DNA of 64,000 nucleotides, from positions 1 to 64,000 of the IMG/VR virus record IMGVR_UViG_3300033559_000303; one strand, 5' to 3'. A model generated the notes under the pieces. It did no database searches. It was not told the DNA's origin and saw only the letters and a program-made list of their open reading frames with translations. This DNA comes from a virus. The position numbers were made by a program, and so were the translations under genes. This document shows, one piece after another, positions 55,411-64,000 of this stretch; the stretch's first letter is position 1, and the number at the start of each line of letters is the position of its first letter.

Positions 55411-56778
55411 TTACACCCCTGGAAAAACCCTTGGATTAGTGATATTCATTTTTTTAGCTATTCCAGCCGCTGATTTAAGCTCTCTGACGCGATCCATTCC
55501 CGGTTTAGCTTTTCCAATGGCAGTAACAAGCTCAGACACTACCTTCTGAGGGTTTGCCGCAAGCAACCTTGCCATCTTACGCATGTAAGTAGGAGTCTCA
55601 ATGGAGCTCATATCAAAAGTTCTCTCAGGTGGTTTTGGTGTGGCAGCGATTGCTGATTTGATTTCACCTTTTCTATAATAAGCCGGCATAGCTGTTCCGG
55701 AAACATCTTTTGGCATTGGCCGTATATCCTGTTTTCCAGCTATATCAGGCCTTGACAGGGAAGGTATGCTACTACGCATTGCCTGAACTTTTTTTGTCTG
55801 TCTTTTGAGCGCGTCACGAGATGTGTTGCTCATCATGTTTCTGATGAACTTTGGTGTTTTACTTGCAGATTTTTCCATATTATTACTCCCATTATTTTTA
55901 TAACTATCATACACATATTTACCAGCACCAGCGCCAAGAGCTAGGATACCAGCCCCCATAAGATTCCCGGGTATATAAGAAGCAAGGGCTGAACCCATCC
56001 TAGCCCTTCCAGCTTTACTTTTAATAACATCCTTAAAACTTGGTCCTCTTACATGGGCCATTGTTTCCTCAACCATATTAATTCCAGGTATCTTTTTCAT
56101 AAGAATTTCATAAAACCTACCCTTAGCGCTATCACCTTTATAAAATCTATTTCTAGCATGGCCCACTTCATGGCTGAAGATGTCACCTGGTATTGCATTT
56201 TTATTGCCAACAAGAATATTATTTGTTACAGGATCGTATGCAGCGTTTCCACTCTGCATCATCCCCATAAGTTGATGCGCCAACGTTTCACCCTGGTTTT
56301 GTATTTTTGATAAATACTCTGGTTTAATTTTTCCGGACTGCAACTGCTTTTTATTAAACGCAACCTCTTTAAATTTATTTGCGTAATCTTTGATAAAATT
56401 ATCATAATCAACATCGGCACCAATGATGCCCATATTACCAAGATTAACCTTTTTAAGGTAGTCTTTTGCCTGATCTGCAGTGAGCATTTTATCAGGAGTA
56501 ATACCAGGGTAGCCAGCTAATCCAACATTCTTTACCGCAGCGGCAGTAGTAATAGGGGCTGCCATCATTCCAACGCCTAGGGACCCCATCCCATAACGCA
56601 TTAACCTCTCACCTGTAGACATTTTGTTATCATCATTATTTTGCATAGCAACCTTATCCGGTAGAGTTGAAATATTTTTAGTTGATTTTTTCCAATGTTT
56701 GTATGTGGCTGGACTGATTTCTCCAGTGCCAACCATCATCTGAAACTTCTTCATTTGAGCTTTTGATTTAAATGGCAT
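55411..56778 (-). CDS. Zincin metallopeptidase-domain protein with internal K-x-A motifs
   Basis: AAYDP...IFSHEVGH...EETMA; N-terminal MPFKSKAQ; DKVA, MEKSA and RKMA at apparent domain boundaries. Confidence 0.7.
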   Translation of the reverse strand: MPFKSKAQMKKFQMMVGTGEISPATYKHWKKSTKNISTLPDKVAMQNNDDNKMSTGERLMRYGMGSLGVGMMAAPITTAAAVKNVGLAGYPGITPDKMLTADQAKDYLKKVNLGNMGIIGADVDYDNFIKDYANKFKEVAFNKKQLQSGKIKPEYLSKIQNQGETLAHQLMGMMQSGNAAYDPVTNNILVGNKNAIPGDIFSHEVGHARNRFYKGDSAKGRFYEILMKKIPGINMVEETMAHVRGPSFKDVIKSKAGRARMGSALASYIPGNLMGAGILALGAGAGKYVYDSYKNNGSNNMEKSASKTPKFIRNMMSNTSRDALKRQTKKVQAMRSSIPSLSRPDIAGKQDIRPMPKDVSGTAMPAYYRKGEIKSAIAATPKPPERTFDMSSIETPTYMRKMARLLAANPQKVVSELVTAIGKAKPGMDRVRELKSAAGIAKKMNITNPRVFPGV

Positions 56779-57365
56779 TACAAACTCACAACCTGGTATG
56801 TTTTACCACCATCAAGTGATTGCATAAACTGTCCATTAACAGAGAACCCAACCGCATCAGCAAGCCCGGTACTCATGACAAATTTCTTATTATTCGACAT
56901 ATGAAGCCATCCACTACCACCAGCGCCAGTCTCATATATAATCTGGCCATAGGTAATATTTAATTTTCCTGTTTTTACCCCAACTCGAATACGCTCAAAC
57001 ACATCACGGACATCAACACCAATAGGGATGATATCAGCAGCTCCAGCCCCATAAGTGAAGTAGTCACCAAAACGTTTTTTGTCAGCATCATTAGTTATTT
57101 TGATAGCATTTGCAAAGAAGTGATCTGATCGCACGGATGGGTTGTACCCCTGCTTGCGAAGCCTCTCAATATCAGATTCAAGGCGCATACCAGAATTAAC
57201 CTTCATTGGAATATTCTTTTTATATTCCTTTGTAAGAAAATCCTTAACAGGCTGGAGAACATTGTCACACAATACTTGGAGAAGGTACTTATTAGAAAGG
57301 CTTAACTCTTCCCAGGTAATACCATTAAGAAATTCTGATGCACTGAAATTATTTGACAGTTTCAT
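56778..57365 (-). CDS. Peptidase M15-family endolysin
   Basis: MKLSNNFSASEF, NSGMR, SDH, GAADI, WLHMS. Confidence 0.75.
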   Translation of the reverse strand: MKLSNNFSASEFLNGITWEELSLSNKYLLQVLCDNVLQPVKDFLTKEYKKNIPMKVNSGMRLESDIERLRKQGYNPSVRSDHFFANAIKITNDADKKRFGDYFTYGAGAADIIPIGVDVRDVFERIRVGVKTGKLNITYGQIIYETGAGGSGWLHMSNNKKFVMSTGLADAVGFSVNGQFMQSLDGGKTYQVVSL

Positions 57366-57439
57366 TTCAATCCCCTTATTAAGAATAGGCAGGGCTGTAT
57401 GAAACAAACCCTGCCTATATAACACCTATCACAACAATT

Positions 57440-58162
57440 TTAACCCTGCGCGTTTGAAGCGCTGACAATCTGTACAGGCCGAACTCTTACGAATTCAGCA
57501 TTGACAGACTCGGCAATAACAGTTGACTGAGAAGCCATAGCAAAGCTATGAGAACTCAGTCTTACCTCTTCAAAGTAAACTGCTGAAACATTCTGATCCT
57601 TGGCATCTCTGAAATACATCATAAGACCAAGAGGAAGCTCAAGGAGTTTTGACGCAAAGTTAAGCTGAATACCGCCATATCCAACATCTTCGGTAGAAAT
57701 AGCAAGTGTCGATGAATCACTAAGGGTGGCTACACCATTACTTGCACCAACAGAAGGTGGTGTTGTTACTTTCATCTCACCGGCAGTTATCATCCTAAGA
57801 AGAGATGGTCCATCAAACATCATTCTACTGATGCTGAATCCACCAACTGTTCTACCCGGGATAATATAACTCAGTTTCGACCCGATTTCAAACACACGCT
57901 GAAGTGCACGACTCTGCTGAACGCTCATCTGTTCAATAAGGCCGATCGGTACAACATTAATTTCCGACCCAGCTGCCCCAGCACTATCAAGGCTTACCGG
58001 GCCAGCGCAGATAAGCACAGTCCCAGCCTCAATGAAGTCGAGACCCTGACGATCACGGACGGTCGGGGCTCCAGTTGTTTCATTTAATGAAATCTGGGAC
58101 ACATGTTTCGTGTTAGGCTCCCACGAACCAATGTCTCCAGATATAGCATTCCAGTCACTCAT
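57440..58162 (-). CDS. Probable tail tube protein
   Basis: Directly downstream of the sheath; beta-rich sequence with RVFEIGS...YIIPGRT.G..SISRMMF. Confidence 0.65.
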   Translation of the reverse strand: MSDWNAISGDIGSWEPNTKHVSQISLNETTGAPTVRDRQGLDFIEAGTVLICAGPVSLDSAGAAGSEINVVPIGLIEQMSVQQSRALQRVFEIGSKLSYIIPGRTVGGFSISRMMFDGPSLLRMITAGEMKVTTPPSVGASNGVATLSDSSTLAISTEDVGYGGIQLNFASKLLELPLGLMMYFRDAKDQNVSAVYFEEVRLSSHSFAMASQSTVIAESVNAEFVRVRPVQIVSASNAQG

Positions 58163-58180
58163 AATATTTTTCTCCTATTC

Positions 58181-60682
58181 TTATGATTTGATATTCAGTG
58201 TAATGTCATAGTAGTTACCAGCGACATAAACAGTGATATCGATAAGAATATTAATCTTATCTTTAATCTCCGTATCACGAGTGATCGAAGTAACCTTTGC
58301 AGTGTACACAATCTTATCACCTGAATCGCCAAGTTTTCTTGAAACTGCATCACCGATAGTCTGAAGGAACTCAATCAGAGCCGGGGTGATATTGTACTTG
58401 CCAGGATACGGAGCAAACGCTGTGCGGAAAGTCTTAGCCGCAACGTCAGCCTGCTTTGTGATTGACCATTCACGGTATTCGATCGCATCCATGTTCGATG
58501 TCAGCGAGTGACGCGAATAGATACTCTGTGATACCTGACTGTCCTGAACAAGGATATCAATTCCACCACCACCGATAACATCAAGCTCATCCTTCCAGAA
58601 GTAGAAGTTAGTCTCAAGTTTGTAGTTTGAGAAACCTGGTATTCCGAAGTTGAATCTTGTAAGTGACTGGCTTGGGTTAACAAGGCTGTCATAACCGGTA
58701 ATTGCAGCTGCAATGTAGTACGGAGGAACATTTTCCAACGTCTCACCATTGAAGTCAGCCTGGAACCACCCTGGCCAGATTGCCTTGATTCGACGATTTC
58801 CGTACCTGATGTTTCTGATAGCCTCAGCCTTTGCCTGGCGTCCACCACGAAGGAATTTAACACTTACAGCAGATGTAAAGTTGCTGTCAACACTTACAGT
58901 TGTTGAAGTTGAAGGTGTAAGAGTAACTTTCCCTTCGACAATCAAGGCACCTGCAGCATCATACCCAAGAACATCATCTCCGGCAGTAACACCGTTGGCA
59001 AGAAGGTCAAGAGCACCATCAACAGTAAGGACTGCGGCGGTTGTTGCACTATTAACAGTATCAACCCCAATGTTGAACACATCAAGCTGGTCATACCCAA
59101 GGATTGCAACGCGCTCATGAGCCTGGTAAGGCGCAGCTTCAGCGTCACAATACGGACCCATAAGGGCGTTTACGCCAGGGTCAGTTGTTCCGATTGCATG
59201 ACTGTACACATCAACCATCTTCATTTCATCAAGAGCTGCAGCATATTCACCAGCGAGGTTATCAGAAGCAGAGTTTACATTTACACCGTAAACAGCACTT
59301 CCACCGATCGAAAGCTGAATGAGAAGCATCATAGCAAGATCATTGTAGACGCTGATGTTTTCATCCTTCGAGTAGAAGTTTGTAATGTCTGCCGGCCCGG
59401 TTATACGGTGGCGAACAAGATTCTCCTCAGCTCTGATTGCACGGTAGTCGGCAAGAATGTCATTCGAGACGATCGTTGTCCAAGCTGTGACATACTGCGC
59501 ATTCACAGATCCCGGGTTACCATCAAGATTCAGAGTGTAGGTAGCACCATTATCTATGATATCAGTGATCTCGAGGAACCCATCAGCAGGGTCGGCATTA
59601 ACATCAGCAACAGTGAAGGCAACCTTGTCGCCAACCTTAAGTGCGCTGGTATTAACATTCTTTGCGATATTAACAGAGCTTGAAGTAGCCCCGGAAGCGG
59701 TAAAGCCACCAGCACCTTCGAAATTGAGATTCTTTGAGAATCCAACAAGTCTCGAGATTTTGTATTCGCTGAGTTTTGCAGTTCCACCAAGCGTTGCATC
59801 GGTGAAGTTGAATACTTTTTTAATATCCATTGTCCAGTCAGCCGCAGCCTCAGTACTGATAAACAGTGTGTTTGCGTTGATAACCGAGAAGACAGATGCC
59901 TTACCGGTAGCCGCAAGCGCATTAGCCTCAAATTCGATAACATCACCAGACTTAACAAAAAGATTGGTAAAGTTAACGGAAGGGTCATACACCGTATTCG
60001 GAGTATCGAGTGAAGCTGTAGAAGCTGCACCGACATATATCGCATCAACCTCAGTTGCAAGCAGTGCTGCACTGTAAGCGCTGGCAAGCTTGATAACTGT
60101 ACCATTCTGAAGGATTGCTGATACTGTTCCAATTTCGTAATCTCCAGCGGTCTTTCCTTCACTATTATTTATAGTAAGGAAAACACGCTGACCCTGGACA
60201 AGATTGGCACCTGAAATATTAACACCATTCAGGATAACCTTATCAAGGCTTGATGCAGCAATCGCTGCAATTCCATCTGTGATATTTTTGTAGTACGGCA
60301 TATAAGCCTTACTCAAGCCAACGGCTGCAGATGCACCCGGGATATTGTAAGTGGCTTTGGCAGGGATGGATGCTCCGGAGGTGCTGAGTGTTACATCATC
60401 TGTAATCTCAATCGTTCCGAAATCATCAGTCTGCACAAAAACTTTTGAAGGATAAAAGTCAAATACGCGATCGCCTGCAACATCTCTGTTGTAAACAACC
60501 GGATTTTCACCTATCCATCCTGCAATCACATCGTCAAGGCCTACAGACGAATCAAGCAACTCTTTGCTGTACACGTCGTAAGCAGTACCGATTGATACAG
60601 GCGCCAAGTTGTCAATAGCCACTGCAGGAGGGCTAAGCTCAAACTGTTGTCTAACAGACACGTTAGGTCCACGATAAGACAT
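58181..60682 (-). CDS. Tail sheath protein
   Basis: 833 aa; N-terminal MSYRGPNVSVRQ, PPYYIAAAITG...PSQSLT, EWSITKQAD, C-terminal NYYDITLNI. Confidence 0.85.
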   Translation of the reverse strand: MSYRGPNVSVRQQFELSPPAVAIDNLAPVSIGTAYDVYSKELLDSSVGLDDVIAGWIGENPVVYNRDVAGDRVFDFYPSKVFVQTDDFGTIEITDDVTLSTSGASIPAKATYNIPGASAAVGLSKAYMPYYKNITDGIAAIAASSLDKVILNGVNISGANLVQGQRVFLTINNSEGKTAGDYEIGTVSAILQNGTVIKLASAYSAALLATEVDAIYVGAASTASLDTPNTVYDPSVNFTNLFVKSGDVIEFEANALAATGKASVFSVINANTLFISTEAAADWTMDIKKVFNFTDATLGGTAKLSEYKISRLVGFSKNLNFEGAGGFTASGATSSSVNIAKNVNTSALKVGDKVAFTVADVNADPADGFLEITDIIDNGATYTLNLDGNPGSVNAQYVTAWTTIVSNDILADYRAIRAEENLVRHRITGPADITNFYSKDENISVYNDLAMMLLIQLSIGGSAVYGVNVNSASDNLAGEYAAALDEMKMVDVYSHAIGTTDPGVNALMGPYCDAEAAPYQAHERVAILGYDQLDVFNIGVDTVNSATTAAVLTVDGALDLLANGVTAGDDVLGYDAAGALIVEGKVTLTPSTSTTVSVDSNFTSAVSVKFLRGGRQAKAEAIRNIRYGNRRIKAIWPGWFQADFNGETLENVPPYYIAAAITGYDSLVNPSQSLTRFNFGIPGFSNYKLETNFYFWKDELDVIGGGGIDILVQDSQVSQSIYSRHSLTSNMDAIEYREWSITKQADVAAKTFRTAFAPYPGKYNITPALIEFLQTIGDAVSRKLGDSGDKIVYTAKVTSITRDTEIKDKINILIDITVYVAGNYYDITLNIKS

Positions 60683-60704
60683 ATTTTTCTCCTTATTTTA
60701 AATA

Positions 60705-61628
60705 CTACCCATTCTTATTTGGAATCACCATACGGATATACGGTTTATTCCAATGGATTTTATAACTCACATCATTTCTTTCTTCATCAAAAGCAAAGTC
60801 AATCATATCACCCTTTTCATTCGAAATAGCAAGTCTCAACATGTTGTTATTTACAACGTTTTTCAGCATATATGGTTGACCTTCTATTACAATGAAATAA
60901 AAACCCTTATCAACATTTTCAGTTGTCAGCTGTGGAATACTATCATCAGTTGAGCCGAAAAGTGCATTAGTATCTTTCAAGATTGAACTGTTCTTAAAAA
61001 CCTGCCCTGTTTCCGACTCGTATACCACAACTCCAGTACCCCTGATTTCCATCGTTTCCCATAATATTTCCGCTGGATCAACTGCCTCATACCATCCAAT
61101 AATCAGAACCGCACTTATTACACCGGTAGCCTCCCACACATGGATCTCTGAATCCACCTGATTCGCCACCGGTTGCTCAGGATTAAGCTGAACCTGCCGT
61201 ATTTCATGAATGTAGTCAATCTTTTCAGAGAACTTATGCCTGTGCATATGTATGTTATGCACAGCGAATGCAAGAAGGTTTGATGCTTCATCAGCTGCGC
61301 CGGCATTCACTGTAATCATCAGATTCATATTGACCAGGTCAGCTCTTACCGGTTCATCAAAGACATTCTTGTTAGCACTCACAAGATTATCAAGTACACG
61401 GTTTTGAGGAACAGCCGCACCTTTTGTCACCACAATCGACGGGCGACTCAACGATTTCGAATCATCTGTTGAAAATGACTTGCTTATTCGTATCAAAGAG
61501 CGCTTATCGTCTGCATCCCACTTATATTCAGGTGGAGCTAATGCCGACTTAGAGAACAGCCATTGCAGAAAGCTTATAACCTGCTTTACTATATCAGTGG
61601 TCGGTGCATTTCCAAGACTGTTTTCCAT
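60705..61628 (-). CDS. Probable tail completion/terminator-type structural protein
   Basis: Upstream of the sheath; RPSIVV motif. Confidence 0.45.
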   Translation of the reverse strand: MENSLGNAPTTDIVKQVISFLQWLFSKSALAPPEYKWDADDKRSLIRISKSFSTDDSKSLSRPSIVVTKGAAVPQNRVLDNLVSANKNVFDEPVRADLVNMNLMITVNAGAADEASNLLAFAVHNIHMHRHKFSEKIDYIHEIRQVQLNPEQPVANQVDSEIHVWEATGVISAVLIIGWYEAVDPAEILWETMEIRGTGVVVYESETGQVFKNSSILKDTNALFGSTDDSIPQLTTENVDKGFYFIVIEGQPYMLKNVVNNNMLRLAISNEKGDMIDFAFDEERNDVSYKIHWNKPYIRMVIPNKNG

Positions 61629-61674
61629 AATTAAAAATAATTCAAGACCTATCTAATATCAATCTAAATCATCA

Positions 61675-62610
61675 TTATGATTGAAGATTGACTCTCGAGT
61701 AAAAAGAAAGCGGATCCACCTTGTTATTGTATTCCGCATGTACATGTGCAAGATCCACCATATCCTTATAAAATCGGATCTCATCGATACTTCCTATAAA
61801 CCTGCCAGAATCACCCTCATCGTCGTCTGACCCGATATATGTGTTGCTTTGCGGCACATAAACATCAAGCGGATCAATCTCAAGGCTTACACCGGCTACC
61901 CCATTATGCATAACATCAAACTTATCAAGAGTGTTGTATGTCAGTACAATATGATGCCAGTCACCCTCTGATATACCCTCGATCGCCGCGGATGCGTACT
62001 CTGCACCACCAGGGGTCTTAACAGTAAGGATTAAATCTCTATCAGCATTGATCAGGAGCTTGCACCATACATCAGTATTGTTGGAGTTAGTAAAAATAAA
62101 CTTCTCATCTACCCCTGACAGATCAGACGCTTTAAACCAGATATCAACACTGAACCCGGCTATTCCGTACAGATCCTGTGTAAATTTGAGGTTATTAGCA
62201 CCATTTAATACGGCAGCCTTGCCGATCATCCCACTTTCATATGATATTGCATCACCTGAAACAGCTGGGTTATTGCCGTTCCCGGTGATATCATCAGGTG
62301 TATCATTTGCAAATGGAATAACGGCGGCTGCTTTTACTATTGTCCAGATGTCATCATTGTCTGACACACCCATGCCAGAGGCTATAAAGAATTCATTGGG
62401 ATTTTCGGTATCCAGTGTCTTCTGAAAATACGCCTCAAGAATTTTATTACCAATATTCAGGGTAAGGCTGTGACGCTTGATAGCTTCATTAAGTTCTATG
62501 TCAGCAAAGAACTTAACCTCACCAGGTTGAGCCCCAGCACTCAGGTTTGCCCAGTACTCATCCGGAAGCTGCCCACCATTGAAGTAGGTAATAAAATTTG
62601 TGATCAACAT
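61675..62610 (-). CDS. LamG/concanavalin A-like domain virion protein
   Basis: FSVDIWFK, WHHIVLTY, YIGS...FIGSIDEIRFY. Confidence 0.85.
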   Translation of the reverse strand: MLITNFITYFNGGQLPDEYWANLSAGAQPGEVKFFADIELNEAIKRHSLTLNIGNKILEAYFQKTLDTENPNEFFIASGMGVSDNDDIWTIVKAAAVIPFANDTPDDITGNGNNPAVSGDAISYESGMIGKAAVLNGANNLKFTQDLYGIAGFSVDIWFKASDLSGVDEKFIFTNSNNTDVWCKLLINADRDLILTVKTPGGAEYASAAIEGISEGDWHHIVLTYNTLDKFDVMHNGVAGVSLEIDPLDVYVPQSNTYIGSDDDEGDSGRFIGSIDEIRFYKDMVDLAHVHAEYNNKVDPLSFYSRVNLQS

Positions 62611-62611
62611 T

Positions 62612-63016
62612 TTACATACTCTCCCACTCTGTGCTATCCCAGGTAATATCCATAACTTGATCAGTGCTGGTGCAATTATTAATGCACGCCTGTTTTTTCA
62701 TCAACTTCACATACTGGTCAACACCCCAGTCTGAAATACTATCAATTAAAGCATCTAATTCAACCGGTGTACCTGCAAGATTAACATTATGCACACCATC
62801 ACGAATATAACATGTCACCACACCCTTACGCTTATAGTAATCCCTAATCTCCTTAAGATCTGACAGTGTTGATCTACCACCAACTATTGTCACCGGGCTT
62901 CCGGCGTATGTGAAGCTGCTGCCGTTGCCTATCACAGCCTCAAAGATTGATTCCAACTCATTAGCTCTTCCAGCCTTAACCCCGAGCAGGTGATCTGCGC
63001 TTGTAACCATTTCCAT
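62612..63016 (-). CDS. DUF4376-like tail fibre-associated protein
   Basis: C-terminal KQACINNCTSTDQVMDITW pattern; tail context. Confidence 0.5.
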   Translation of the reverse strand: MEMVTSADHLLGVKAGRANELESIFEAVIGNGSSFTYAGSPVTIVGGRSTLSDLKEIRDYYKRKGVVTCYIRDGVHNVNLAGTPVELDALIDSISDWGVDQYVKLMKKQACINNCTSTDQVMDITWDSTEWESM

Positions 63017-63072
63017 ATCCCCTTGTTTGTTTTAATAAAATACTTATTTCACACTGATATGCACAGTATAAT

Positions 63073-63750
63073 TTAACATATTATAACTCTTCTTGCTGAT
63101 ACAGCTGCAGCTTCTCTTATTTCTACAGCATGCAATCCAGCTTGGAAATTTGAAGCAGCCGTACTAACAGAAGACAATATATTCCCAGCACTCAACGGTG
63201 TTCTACTGGTGTGCCCATACATCTTACCATTGTATGTTGTCTCCTGAAAATCGAGAGTGCCGGCATTATAATCTACAGAGTTGACCGTGAATTTTGTAGC
63301 ATCATACTGAGACGTATGCCCGACATATATCAGCGAGTTACTCTGTACTGTAAGAGTCCCCTCCCTCGGTGTATTAGCTAGCTCATTAATAAGGCTATTG
63401 CCAAACCCAGAACCTCCTGTATAAGATTGAATCGCTGAAGCAATTGGAAAAGCCTGTGTACCATTTAATACTACTTGAAATGTATTAGACCCATCTGGTG
63501 GATTTACTAATCCAAATACACCAACAGCATTAACTGGCCCAAATGAATAGTTCAACTGTTGAATAATAGTCATTGCCTGGCCACCATATGAGGCGCTCGC
63601 ATAAGAAGAGGATTGGCCAGATCCACTATACTGAGCAACAATAGCTAATATAAGCTTTCCACTACCAGCATCTTGCGTGTGAGACCTGGAAAAAGTACTC
63701 CCTGAACCGGATAGTGTCCCTGTAGACTTGGTCCCTATTACTATTGGCAT
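63073..63750 (-). CDS. Beta-rich virion / tail-fibre-associated protein
   Basis: Ser/Thr/Gly-rich 225-aa ORF in the structural module. Confidence 0.5.
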   Translation of the reverse strand: MPIVIGTKSTGTLSGSGSTFSRSHTQDAGSGKLILAIVAQYSGSGQSSSYASASYGGQAMTIIQQLNYSFGPVNAVGVFGLVNPPDGSNTFQVVLNGTQAFPIASAIQSYTGGSGFGNSLINELANTPREGTLTVQSNSLIYVGHTSQYDATKFTVNSVDYNAGTLDFQETTYNGKMYGHTSRTPLSAGNILSSVSTAASNFQAGLHAVEIREAAAVSARRVIIC

Positions 63751-63753
63751 GTG

Positions 63754-64000
63754 TTAATTCTCCGTATATCTGATATCAATAGTTACCGATCCTGGAGCAG
63801 ACGCTATTGCTGGTGTCTCAATCCATACCCACTCATTTGCTGCTACAACATTGGCACTACCAGCTGTTATCACTGTCAATGCCTGACCAGTGGTAACATT
63901 AGTGACAGCAACTGATGTCACAACTGTTGTTCCAGCATTACTTCTATCAGCATGCTTATATACAGCAACATTACAACTTGGGGATGTGCCGCCGCACACA
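63754..64000 (-). CDS. 3' end of a tail fibre-like structural protein (starts outside the window)
   Basis: Open frame to the edge; Thr/Val/Ala-rich beta-sandwich-like C-terminus. Confidence 0.5.
   Translation of the reverse strand, partial: VCGGTSPSCNVAVYKHADRSNAGTTVVTSVAVTNVTTGQALTVITAGSANVVAANEWVWIETPAIASAPGSVTIDIRYTEN

Overview
This is a 64-kb segment of a large, probably jumbo, contractile-tailed (myovirus-like) bacteriophage. Both ends carry minus-strand virion genes. The left end has a tape-measure-like gene and a tail chaperone pair joined by a -1 frameshift. The right end has tail fibre-associated genes, tail sheath, probable tail tube, an M15 endolysin and a family of proteins sharing an N-terminal E-L-x-K-x-A leader. 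The middle (about 3.5-52.7 kb, plus strand) is a dense accessory region of small ORFs, driven by 14 copies of a promoter-like motif KGTTA-N15-TGGWATAAT. It contains repair and metabolic genes (Ogg, DenV-like, MazG, NDK, ACP, DEDDh exonuclease, SNF2 helicase, nucleotidyltransferases), two tRNAs, two aberrant tRNA-like RNAs, several structured ncRNA candidates and an iteron/DnaA-box origin. The strongest candidate for a new system is a set of nine non-coding units in two tandem arrays (44557-44930 and 50024-51341). The units differ in sequence but share one covarying architecture: terminal inverted repeats, a 9-bp hairpin with a G-NNT-C cap, and a long variable hairpin. This resembles a multiplexed retron msr-msd array, but no reverse transcriptase is visible in the window. 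A second notable element is an integron-like cassette array (attC-like sites, no integrase) at about 17.5-20.5 kb. All calls are by eye from sequence motifs; no searches or folding programs were run.
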